Numbered from the stretch's first letter, positions 7,978 to 16,991 are shown. The stretch is DNA of 19,355 nucleotides from Phycisphaerales bacterium (GCA_027451365.1 DAIDJN010000065.1:1-19355); one strand, 5' to 3'. Program-made: numbers and translations. Notes: a model not told the origin generated them from the sequence alone.

Positions 7978-8516
7978 ATAACTGATACGGACGAACACAC
8001 GGGTTCGCCCCAGCCGCAGTGAATTGCGTACTTCACATTGATCAGTGATCAGTGATCAATAATCTGTGCGCGTTGACGTTCAGTATTTGACAGGTGAATA
8101 ACGCCGCATCCGCGGCAAACGGATAGCACCGCCTGCAGTAATGCCATTCATTATTCCGCGCCGTCCTGACCTGTCGGGACCACCGGAATAACGATCAGCC
8201 TAGCTGCGCCCCGGCAAAGAACACTTGCCGCAGTCCTTGTGTTCTTTGCGGTTCAAACCGTCATTGTGCCATCGTGCTGTTGCGGTAAAAATCCCCGTCG
8301 CCATCGTGTTCAAGCGAAGCGGTTCGTTCAAGGTCGCCGCGGCGACCGGTTCGTTGCGTCCGCCCTCCAAATTCTCCTAACTCCTGTTTTCTGGCTCCAT
8401 CCTCCATCATCAAGCGATGCACCGCATCGCGTCTCATTACTCATTATTCATTAAGCGCATCCCATCTCAGTTCGCTATAGCTGATGGGGACGATCACACC
8501 GGTTCGCCCAGCCGCA
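7978..8516. repeat. two copies of a ~41-bp REP-like direct repeat (7978-8018 and 8477-8516)
   Basis: ATAACTGATACGGACGAACACACGGGTTCGCCCCAGCCGCA vs ATAGCTGATGGGGACGATCACACCGGTTCGCCC-AGCCGCA, 35/41 identical. The reverse complement resembles GTAGGGGCGAACC.GTGTGTTCGCCC-type REPs. Confidence 0.7.
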
Positions 8517-8621
8517 CCGGGATTTCACCTCCTGGCTCAATGAGTAATGAGACCTTCGACGTTGCCTCGCTTAATGATGACCGAACCCACGCCGCGACAA
8601 AATGATTGATCAGTGATCAGT
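8037..8621. repeat. two short (TGATCAG)n heptamer tracts (8037-8060 and 8605-8621)
   Basis: ATTGATCAGTGATCAGT is identical over 17 bp in both places. The first tract has a third TGATCA. Confidence 0.8.
8405..8579. mobile_element. 175-bp MITE-like or long-hairpin element with 41-bp imperfect terminal inverted repeats
   Basis: 8405-8445 matches the reverse complement of 8539-8579 at 32/41 positions, including a perfect 15-bp inner arm GTCTCATTACTCATT/AATGAGTAATGAGAC. No target duplication seen. Confidence 0.45.
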
Positions 8622-8654
8622 AAAAAAATGGTGCCCCCGTTTCATTTCATATTA

Positions 8655-9802
8655 TTACCCGAAAAGCGTAGCGCCCGGAGTGTCCGTAGTGACGGATTTC
8701 CTCCTTGTGACAAAATCTCCCATCCGCTTGCGTCCGCTAGAGAGCCGTGTGACGGTGGCCTCAAAGGCGGATTCGCTGTTACCTATTCCAATAAATCCGC
8801 GCCCATGTTGCCGCGCTGCCTCCAGGGTTGTTCCCGAGCCACAGAAGCAGTCCAGCACCCAATCGCCTGGGTTTGTAGTTGCCCTTATAATGCGACTCAG
8901 CAGATCATAATTCTTCTCGGTTGGGTAGCCGGTGATAAAAATGTTCTGATTGTGCGCATCCTTAAAGGGAAGCCATATATCTTGGACCGGTATCCCCTTG
9001 GCGCTGTCAAAAAAGACCTTGCGGAGGGGGTTTCCGTTTGGGGACCAATAAATCTCACCATCTTTGTCCATCTTTTTAAGTTTGCTTGGCCGGTGTTGCC
9101 GGTGTTTGCCGGGTGGAGGCAATTTCCCCCAAGGCTTTCCAGTATCACCGTGCCGCACGCCTGGCGCATGGAGCGGTACCTTCTTAAAGCGGCGACCGCT
9201 TGCAGCATCAATGCAGGGGTATTCTTCCTGAACACGCTCCGGTTTCCATCGCACATACGGACGGTGCCACACAGATTTACCATTTTTGTATAAAAGAGAA
9301 TGTGATCTGAAATGTTCCCGAATTGGCGTCGCGTAGAGTTCTTGGGGTTGCATTTTGCGCGTGTTATATCCATTACAATTTTAGCTTCAAACGCCATATT
9401 CCGATCAAGGTGCACGAATATACTGCCATCGTCAGCCAGCAGCTCGCGCAAAACAATTAACCTTTGTCGCAAAAATTCTGTATATGCCGCACCCTGAAGA
9501 ATATCCGAATATGCGTGTTGGACGTTGCGATTAACAAATGCCATGGAAGTCGCGTACGGCGGGTCAATATAGATGCAACGGACATGGCCACACACAGCCT
9601 GGTCATCAAGCAGCGCAACTAAAAATTCTAGGTTTTCCCCGTGCAGCAACCGGTTCGTATCATCGCCAATATTCACGGGCCGGCCCGGATGGGGCTTCTG
9701 GGCCAAGACTCCCTGCTTTGGCTTTTTGTCCTTGCAGGTCAGGCTGTAGATTAACCTCGCACTAATAGGCTTTCGGCCCGACGGTGTGACACTTGTTGCC
9801 AT
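8655..9802 (-). pseudogene. site-specific DNA methyltransferase (N6-A/N4-C, beta class), frameshifted
   Basis: The catalytic IYIDPPY is in ORF 8897-9892. GYPTEKN and the SAM-binding VLDCFCGSGTT are in ORF 8655-9353. The frames switch at ILFYTK/KNGKSVW in the T5 run at 9283-9287. There is also an apparent in-frame deletion at IVMD^ITRAK. The start position is approximate. Confidence 0.88.
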
Positions 9803-10205
9803 TTTTCTAACCTTGAATCCATTCTTTTGTGACCCGCTCTGCAACAATGCGCAATGTGACGACTCGAATCCGACCATTTCCCATTTCTTCAATACGTGAA
9901 TAATCAGACCACATGGAGCCTAAAAGAAGCCCACGCCCGTCATTGAGGAAAATCAATTTAACTTTTCCGATACACCGTTTGCGTGTATCGGCAAAAAATT
10001 CGCGAATTTATTCCAGCCAAATGGCGACTTTGCTACCATACATCAAGGGGTTCGCCCTTATTGACGGCGGCCTGCAGCAATTGCGCTATCGCATGATCAC
10101 CGGCGTGGGCATGCCATGATTTCATATATTTCCGTTTCTTAAAGTGACCGCGTGTATAGAACGACACATATCGGAATATTTGATCTGGCGCAGATGGGGG
10201 CCAAT

Positions 10206-13200
10206 TTATGAACGGTTGTTCTGGTGGGAATCGACGGTCTTCCTGCGCCGACGCAGCATGATAAGAATGGCCGCCGGAGCCAAACAGGCCAGAGCGGCTG
10301 GTTCCGGCGTGGCCTGGGCGGCGAAGGCGGGTTGCGCGGCCAGCAGGGAAGGCCCGGGTGAAAGTCCGGATGAAAGCGACTGGCCATAATGGCTAAGGAA
10401 GATGCTGAAGTCCTGAAGGTTTACTTTGCCGTCATGGTCGAAATCACCCTGATACCATTGGGCTCCCGAGGTCATGCCGTAATTCTGGAGAAACAGCGTG
10501 AAATCAGATAATGTCACCCTCCCGGTCAGCGTCGCATCCCCGGGCAGTGTTACCATAATCTTTTCCTGCCCGGCGTGTAATCCGGGGATTTCGCCACTGG
10601 CACCATCTGCATAGCCAATTGTGTAGCCAGCGGGCGCGGTTATCTGGCCAGAAGCAATATAACCTTTAATGATAGCGGCGGGATCAGGATTGGTTCCATA
10701 GTCGATCGTGACACCATTCCCGGCGACGATACTGGCAAGATTCAGCTCTGCTCCTGCGGCAATTGTTAAAGCGGAGGTGCCGTTGATGGAACCACCGGTG
10801 CCAATAATTAAGCTGCCGCTTTGGATTGAGGTTGGCCCGGTATATGCAGCCGGGCCGGTAAGGGTCAGCGCTCCGCCGCCGGTGATCGTCAGGCCACCGG
10901 GGCCGTGGATCCCCGCCGTCAGGCTGGCAGCCTCCCCATTCGTATCGATTATTCCGCCGGCCCAACCAAGTGTGACGGGACCTGATACCAATAACAAACT
11001 GCCGGAAGTGTTCTTGACTGTGCCGCCATTCAAAGTCAGGCCACCGGTTCCCAAAGCGGCGTAACCGGCATAGTCCACGGTGGTACCATTATTAATAGTC
11101 GTGCCGCCGGTATAGGTGTTTGCATTGCCAAGAACCAAGGTCCCGGCACCGGAGACCACAATACTTCCGCCGGCACCTCCCCCGATACCGCCGTCCCTTA
11201 TGACACCGGAATAAATATCCGTTCCGGAAGCGATGTTAATGGTTAATGTGCTGGCTCCCAACGACACTGAATCTCCACTGGGATACGGATCGGTCTGATC
11301 GTCCAAGCCGCGGATTGTTACGCCAGTTGTGGATTGTGAAATATCCAGATTGCCGAAGTTGTTGAATTCCACGGCACTGGAGTTTGCAATACTGCCCGTG
11401 CCGGAAAGCGCCAGGGTGGCGTTATCGAGAATGGTTGCGCCGGTATAAGTATTCTGGCCGGATAGATTCAGGGTGCCACCAGAAAGGTCCAGCGTGCCAC
11501 CTGTACCGCCGCCCAGACCACCGTCGCGAATAATACCGGCGAATGAATTTGTAGCCATGAAGGCGGCTTGAATTGTTAAAGTTTCGCCGCCCAGCGCTAC
11601 GATACCGCCGGTGCCGCTTAAATTGTTAATGGCGGTGCCACCAGCCGCCCGGGAAATATCCAGCGTTGCGCCATTTCCAATCGCGACCGCGCTGGAATCT
11701 GCAATATTGCCGTTGCCGGCTATCGCCAGGGTACCAGAGTTGATCAATGTTTGACCGGTATAAGTATTGGCCCCGGAAAGCGTAAGGGTGTGCGTCCCCT
11801 CTACAATTACGTTACCAGCGACGATAGGCGCATTGATGACGGCGCTGGCATCCATCGTAAGCGAACCGGTGATGAAGCTCAGCGTGCCACCGGCGCCACC
11901 GACCAGCGTGTATTGGCCATAGCCAAGCGGATTAAAGGTAATGCCATTTGTGCTGATTGCGGAACTAACGGTGATTGTCCCTCCGGCACCACCATTTCCA
12001 ATTGAGGCAATGTCCCCATTCGCCCAGTGTGTGCCACCCCAATTGAACGTGCTTGTGTCCCACACACCCGAACCGTCGCCACGATAGCCTCTGACCATCC
12101 AGGTCCGCGCAGGCGCGGTCAGAAGCAATACGATGCTGTTGGGGTTTTGCGCGGTTCCGGCGTAATCTATGGACCAGCCCAGAGGGGTATTGGACACGGA
12201 AGCGAATTGGGAACCAATGATCGAAGCACCGGCATCATTATGATTCACAATTACAAACTGGCTGGCGGTTTGCGGGCCCGCCAAATTCAGCACCAGATTC
12301 AGGCCGGAAATATCCAGTGTGCCCTGGTCCAGGATAAAGGGGCTTGTATTGGCTGCCACATTGCAATTCAGCGTGCCGCCGCCATTAAGTACCGCAGCCG
12401 GATTAATGGTGATTTGGGTGCTGGCCAGCGCACCGCCGGCCGCCAGCGTCAGGGTTGCCGGGTGGGTCCCGTCACCAACCGTTGTCGGGCCGGAATAGGT
12501 GTTGACAGCGGTAAGATTCCAGGTGCCGGTTGTCAGGTTGAGGGCAAGAGTGTTCATGCCGGGCGCATCAGAAATTATGCCGGAAATGGTATGCGTGCCA
12601 CCAGCACCCTGAAGATTGAGTGTCGCGGGGCCGGGAAAATAGCCTCCGCTGATATTACCGGAATAAGTTTCGGAACCGAACCCATTGGTGTCAATGGTGC
12701 CGGATCCCCACAGAGTTGTAGGCGCACTGACGTTCAAGTTGTCGGAGCCATATTGCAGCGTTCCGTCATAAAGCCAGATATTGTTCGATAAACTCGCCAC
12801 ACTCTGGAATTCCACTATGCTGGTGCCCACGCCATTGCCTATCTGGAGGCTGCTGGCAATCATATTGTTGGTTAAATCCACGTGACCGTTCTGGATGGTC
12901 AGCCGCGCAGTTTGACCGCTGGGCTCTAAGCCGGACAAAGTTTCGTTGGAAAATCCGCCGGCATCAATCGTTCCGCTGCCGGACAACGGATTGGCAACGT
13001 TCAGACTGTCGGCTCCAAATTGCAACGTACCCCCAGCCAGATTAATACCGACTGAAGGGGCCGGGAGATTGGCCAAAGTAGCAAACCGGACGGCGGCTGG
13101 ACCGGAATTGTTATTGCCAATTTGCAGCGTGCCGGATGTAAATGTGTTGCTGTTGTTTCCCGTCAGGTTGAGCTCGCCATTCTGAATAACAACAAGTCCT

Positions 13201-16200
13201 CCTCCATTTGAGTTGTTTGTGATAGATCCGGAATACGTTTCGTTGGTATAACCACCCATATCAATGATGGGGCTGTCGTAAATCGGCGTCCCCCCATTGA
13301 GCGTGATCGTTGCTGAACCGCTAGCGCCGGACTTTTCAGCGGCAGAATCCATGCCGGTCCCAGCCAGCGACTCAAGTGGGGCTGATTGCGCGTGCGTAGC
13401 AGATGGGGCATTTGTCGCGGCCTGATTGAGCGTCAAAGTCAGGCCGCTGGTTGTCCCTAATGTGGTCCCAGTCAACCCTGTTGTCCCCGTTGTCCCTGTT
13501 GCCCAAACCACCCCCGTCGTCCCAGTTGTTCCGGAGTAAATGATGAGGGAATTGCCTGTCACGCTCATATTGTTGGCAAGATTCAGCCCATCGGCGGCAA
13601 ACTGAATTTCTGGATTGTTTCCACTGAAATTAATAGCACCGGTTCCGAAGCTCTGATTGTTATTAAACCTTATAATGCCTGCAACGGTCGTGCCGCCGGA
13701 ATAAGTGTTACGGCCCAGGAGATTCAGCGTGCCGGAAACTGAAAGGGCCCCTCCCACACCGCCGCCGACGCCGCCATCCTGAATGACGCCGGCAAAAGTA
13801 TCAACTGCCTGCCCCGTATTGATATTAAGTGTATTGCTGCCCAAGTTCACGGTCCCGCCCGTCCCATTCAGACCAAGGATGGTTGGCCCCGCGGAGGCCT
13901 GCGAAACATCAAAGGTTGCGCCATTACTCAAAGTCACGCCACTGGATGCTGCAATGCTTCCGGCACCCGAAAGCAGAAGGGTCGTACCGCTGTTAACAAT
14001 GGTGCTGCCGGTATAGGTGTTGGCACCGGTAAGAATCAGCGTGCCACCGGGAATGCCAGAGGCAGCGGTCAAATTGCCGGTACCGCTGATTACGCCGGAC
14101 CAGGTTTCAGCACTGGCACCCCCGAATCCATTGGCGTCAATGGTTGCATTTCCGGCAAGCGCCAGCGAATTGTTGATCGTCACGCTGGCGGCAGTGTATT
14201 GCAATGTTCCGCCACTGGTTCCAATCAAAACGCCGCCGGTTCCGAACGGGCTATTGGTGATTTGACCACCGGCGTCCAGGCTCCCGCCGGCGCTAAAGCT
14301 GACGGTGGCTCCATTTGCGATTGCAGTTCCGCCGCTATAACTATTTGCCGCCGAAAGGGCGAGTGTGTGTGCGCCCGATATGCCCACCCGGCCGGTCCCA
14401 ACGATGGGGGCGGTAATGGATGCGTCCGCGTTCAGTGTAATCATGCCGCTGAGTGTAAGATTATCGCCGCTGCTGGCAGCAACAGTGTATTGGCCGCTCG
14501 CCAGCGGGTTAAAGGTGATGCCGCTGGCGGACAGTCCGGCCTCGTCAATAGTAACGGTATAAGGCCCCGTCCCGCTGGCCGTGCCAATGGAAGCGACGCT
14601 GCCATTGGTCCAGGCTGCACTAACTCCATTGGTAGTCCAATTGGATGTGCTGGTGTCCCAGTTGCCGGAACCGTCGCCAGCCGAGCCCCCGATATGCCAG
14701 GCGAATATTGGCAACGGGACGACCAGTACAATACTGTTGGGATAAAGTACTGTTCCACCATAATCAATCGCCCAGCCAGTGGGCAGCGTGCCCTCCGCGA
14801 CCGACGTGCTCTGAAAGGTTGTAGTTGGATCAAATGTTCCGCCCGCATAGTTCGCGATAACATATTGGCCCAGAGTCGGTTGACTATTGATATTGAGTGC
14901 AAGATTCAATGTGGAAATATTCAATGTACCGTTATCGGTAACTAATGAAGAAGTAAGACCGCCAACCGAATAATTCAGCGTGCCGGATCCATTCAAGACA
15001 GCGCCGGCACCAATGGTGATATGGCGAAAACTTAATGCGCCGGTTGGGCCAATAGTCAGATTACCCGCGTTGACTGCAGCGTCACCCACAGCATCGTTGC
15101 CGGTCAGTTTAAGTGAACCATTTCCGACAGAACTCGATTCTATAACGAGGGGTCCGGCACTATTTATATTTCCGGACCAGGTCGAGGCTTGACCGTCAAG
15201 ATCAAAGTTCAAGCTGTTTCCAGCTTGGTTCTGCAGATTATTAGCGACTGTAAGATTCGATGATCCAAATTGCAACGTGCCGCCGCCAGCCTCAATGGTG
15301 AGAGCGCCGGACCCGAAACCAGCCGAATTGCCAATTTGTACAGTTACGCCGCCTCCAATTGCAAACGCTCCATCAAAGGTCGCATTGGAATTTTGAACGA
15401 ATATCGTGCCCGAGTTGGCAAGAGATGAGGTCAGCAGCAGGGTGCCGGAGCCGCTTATGCTATCCGCGAGATCTAAACTTGCGCCGGCAGCATCTATGGT
15501 GCCACCAGCGGAATTGACAGTGAAAGGTGCAAGGGGCCAAGGTAGCGTCCCTTCGGCGTTCACCAATGTGCCGCCATCAAAGATAATACTCGATGGGCTA
15601 AAACCGGATTGCGCATACCTCTGTGTTAATATCTGTACCGACACCGCGCCCCTGGCGTTGTTCAGATCCAGCGCTCCAGAGAATGCGGTATTTTGAATCG
15701 TAAGCGGATTTATGAAGAACGTTCCATCGGTCAACTCCAGATTGCCAGTACCAGAAATCTCACCCGACAGTGTTATGGGTTGCCCATTGGCGTTGATGAT
15801 ATTTGTGGTGCCGGCGACCGCGCTAAGGTCGTCAGGAATTGAATCGGCAGATGTTCCGGTGTATTGCACAGTGCTCTGATCCAGCGCGAGCATTTGACCG
15901 CCAACCGAATCGTAGCTGCCAGGCCCGGTAATGAGGGTATCTCCGTGCGGCAGGTTGGCGGAGGAGCTAAATTGCAGCGTGGCAGCATTGGAACCGTCGC
16001 CAATTTGCATCGTACCGCCCGCACCAGATGAAAAAGCCACGTAATTGCTGGTAGACGCCAGCACAAAGGTTCCGGTCGTAAACTTCAGCAAGCCCTCGCT
16101 GTTGGCGATTGTGCCATTCAGGATAAGCGTACCACCGCCGGCGTTTATGCTGTTGCTGGTAAGCCCCACGGTTGTTATGCCGTTGGCAATCGTTGCGGTT

Positions 16201-16835
16201 CCGCCACCGGTATAGTTCAGTCCGCCGGTATCCAGGGCGATATTGATGTTGGCCGCCGGAAGATTGGCAGCCAAACTGAAGTTTACATCGCTTGGTGCGG
16301 TGCCGTTGCCTATCTGCAGGGTACCCCCGGTAAAATCGGTTGAATTGCTCGTGGAACCGAGCGCCACCGTACCATTTTGTAGAACCAGCATGTTGTTAAC
16401 GCCGCCGCCGCTGGTAACCGAACCATTCAGGTTCAGCACATTCCCTGCGCCGCCGGCATCAATGGTGCTTATGGTATTGCCAGTGGTGTCCGTCAGGCTG
16501 ATGTCACCCAATGCGCCCACAGTTCCGGGCGACGTTACGTCCAAGGTTCCGCCCGGCCCGGTCGAATTATTGGTAAAGATGATCGTGTCGGCTCCGCCAT
16601 CCGTGACAAGTTGATTATAGGAAATGCTTTGCGTGCCGCTGGCGGAAACAGTTATTTGCGACGCGTGCAGCGGAATGGAAGCCACCATGCCGACGGCCAG
16701 TGCCGCGGTAAATATCAATGCGCCCCGACGGCCCAAGCGCCTCTGGTAGTGCGACAGGCTGGAACGTCGGGCAGCAGATACAGGCGGGACGGCCGCTTTG
16801 CCGTCGATCGCGATTGGCCGCCCGACACGATTCAT
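10206..16835 (-). CDS. large surface protein with autotransporter-associated beta-strand repeats, a C-terminal dockerin-like/EF-hand repeat pair and a PEP-CTERM sorting signal
   Basis: 2209 aa, rich in Gly/Thr/Asn/Ser. Signal peptide ending PLHA|SQ. Many GTL.L.GANTYTG.T repeats. GDATLTGRVTLSDF...WYQGDFDHDGKVNLQDF at about 10380-10541. TPEP (10299-10310) followed by a hydrophobic stretch and RRRRK. RBS GGGAG upstream of the ATG. Confidence 0.92.
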   Translation of the reverse strand: MNRVGRPIAIDGKAAVPPVSAARRSSLSHYQRRLGRRGALIFTAALAVGMVASIPLHASQITVSASGTQSISYNQLVTDGGADTIIFTNNSTGPGGTLDVTSPGTVGALGDISLTDTTGNTISTIDAGGAGNVLNLNGSVTSGGGVNNMLVLQNGTVALGSTSNSTDFTGGTLQIGNGTAPSDVNFSLAANLPAANINIALDTGGLNYTGGGTATIANGITTVGLTSNSINAGGGTLILNGTIANSEGLLKFTTGTFVLASTSNYVAFSSGAGGTMQIGDGSNAATLQFSSSANLPHGDTLITGPGSYDSVGGQMLALDQSTVQYTGTSADSIPDDLSAVAGTTNIINANGQPITLSGEISGTGNLELTDGTFFINPLTIQNTAFSGALDLNNARGAVSVQILTQRYAQSGFSPSSIIFDGGTLVNAEGTLPWPLAPFTVNSAGGTIDAAGASLDLADSISGSGTLLLTSSLANSGTIFVQNSNATFDGAFAIGGGVTVQIGNSAGFGSGALTIEAGGGTLQFGSSNLTVANNLQNQAGNSLNFDLDGQASTWSGNINSAGPLVIESSSVGNGSLKLTGNDAVGDAAVNAGNLTIGPTGALSFRHITIGAGAVLNGSGTLNYSVGGLTSSLVTDNGTLNISTLNLALNINSQPTLGQYVIANYAGGTFDPTTTFQSTSVAEGTLPTGWAIDYGGTVLYPNSIVLVVPLPIFAWHIGGSAGDGSGNWDTSTSNWTTNGVSAAWTNGSVASIGTASGTGPYTVTIDEAGLSASGITFNPLASGQYTVAASSGDNLTLSGMITLNADASITAPIVGTGRVGISGAHTLALSAANSYSGGTAIANGATVSFSAGGSLDAGGQITNSPFGTGGVLIGTSGGTLQYTAASVTINNSLALAGNATIDANGFGGASAETWSGVISGTGNLTAASGIPGGTLILTGANTYTGSTIVNSGTTLLLSGAGSIAASSGVTLSNGATFDVSQASAGPTILGLNGTGGTVNLGSNTLNINTGQAVDTFAGVIQDGGVGGGVGGALSVSGTLNLLGRNTYSGGTTVAGIIRFNNNQSFGTGAINFSGNNPEIQFAADGLNLANNMSVTGNSLIIYSGTTGTTGVVWATGTTGTTGLTGTTLGTTSGLTLTLNQAATNAPSATHAQSAPLESLAGTGMDSAAEKSGASGSATITLNGGTPIYDSPIIDMGGYTNETYSGSITNNSNGGGLVVIQNGELNLTGNNSNTFTSGTLQIGNNNSGPAAVRFATLANLPAPSVGINLAGGTLQFGADSLNVANPLSGSGTIDAGGFSNETLSGLEPSGQTARLTIQNGHVDLTNNMIASSLQIGNGVGTSIVEFQSVASLSNNIWLYDGTLQYGSDNLNVSAPTTLWGSGTIDTNGFGSETYSGNISGGYFPGPATLNLQGAGGTHTISGIISDAPGMNTLALNLTTGTWNLTAVNTYSGPTTVGDGTHPATLTLAAGGALASTQITINPAAVLNGGGTLNCNVAANTSPFILDQGTLDISGLNLVLNLAGPQTASQFVIVNHNDAGASIIGSQFASVSNTPLGWSIDYAGTAQNPNSIVLLLTAPARTWMVRGYRGDGSGVWDTSTFNWGGTHWANGDIASIGNGGAGGTITVSSAISTNGITFNPLGYGQYTLVGGAGGTLSFITGSLTMDASAVINAPIVAGNVIVEGTHTLTLSGANTYTGQTLINSGTLAIAGNGNIADSSAVAIGNGATLDISRAAGGTAINNLSGTGGIVALGGETLTIQAAFMATNSFAGIIRDGGLGGGTGGTLDLSGGTLNLSGQNTYTGATILDNATLALSGTGSIANSSAVEFNNFGNLDISQSTTGVTIRGLDDQTDPYPSGDSVSLGASTLTINIASGTDIYSGVIRDGGIGGGAGGSIVVSGAGTLVLGNANTYTGGTTINNGTTVDYAGYAALGTGGLTLNGGTVKNTSGSLLLVSGPVTLGWAGGIIDTNGEAASLTAGIHGPGGLTITGGGALTLTGPAAYTGPTSIQSGSLIIGTGGSINGTSALTIAAGAELNLASIVAGNGVTIDYGTNPDPAAIIKGYIASGQITAPAGYTIGYADGASGEIPGLHAGQEKIMVTLPGDATLTGRVTLSDFTLFLQNYGMTSGAQWYQGDFDHDGKVNLQDFSIFLSHYGQSLSSGLSPGPSLLAAQPAFAAQATPEPAALACLAPAAILIMLRRRRKTVDSHQNNRS

Positions 16836-16991
16836 GAAAGACTCCCTGCTTGAAACGCCACGCGAATGCTATTGGCGGCCGTGCCCGATGCTGGAACTCG
16901 AATTTGAAAGTCCCGCTGCAGACCAGCAACGGCAACCGAGGAATGCCCCTGTCCAAGACCCACGGACGCTTCAAATTCTCTCTATTTAATT

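Noticed and set aside
7982..7996. Hammerhead ribozyme core (CTGAT...GAA)
   Set aside because: CUGANGA and GAAA are not both present in either copy.
7978..8621. CRISPR array
   Set aside because: Only two degenerate copies about 500 bp apart, no regular spacers and no cas genes.
9913..10119. Mrr-like endonuclease C-terminal remnant (ALIDGG...MITGVG)
   Set aside because: The resemblance is a few residues, with no catalytic motif.
10206..10560. Classical autotransporter
   Set aside because: There is no C-terminal beta-barrel. The protein ends in dockerin-like repeats and PEP-CTERM.
16700..16745. Tat signal (GRRGAL) in the giant protein
   Set aside because: Poor match to S/T-R-R-x-F-L-K, and a 2200-aa beta-helical protein is more plausibly Sec-exported.
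1926..16974. Numerous overlapping antisense or alternate-frame ORFs (e.g. 4497-5183, 7494-8036, 8613-9293, 12027-12791, 14199-14945)
   Set aside because: They are shadows of real genes in GC-rich DNA, with no recognisable motifs.
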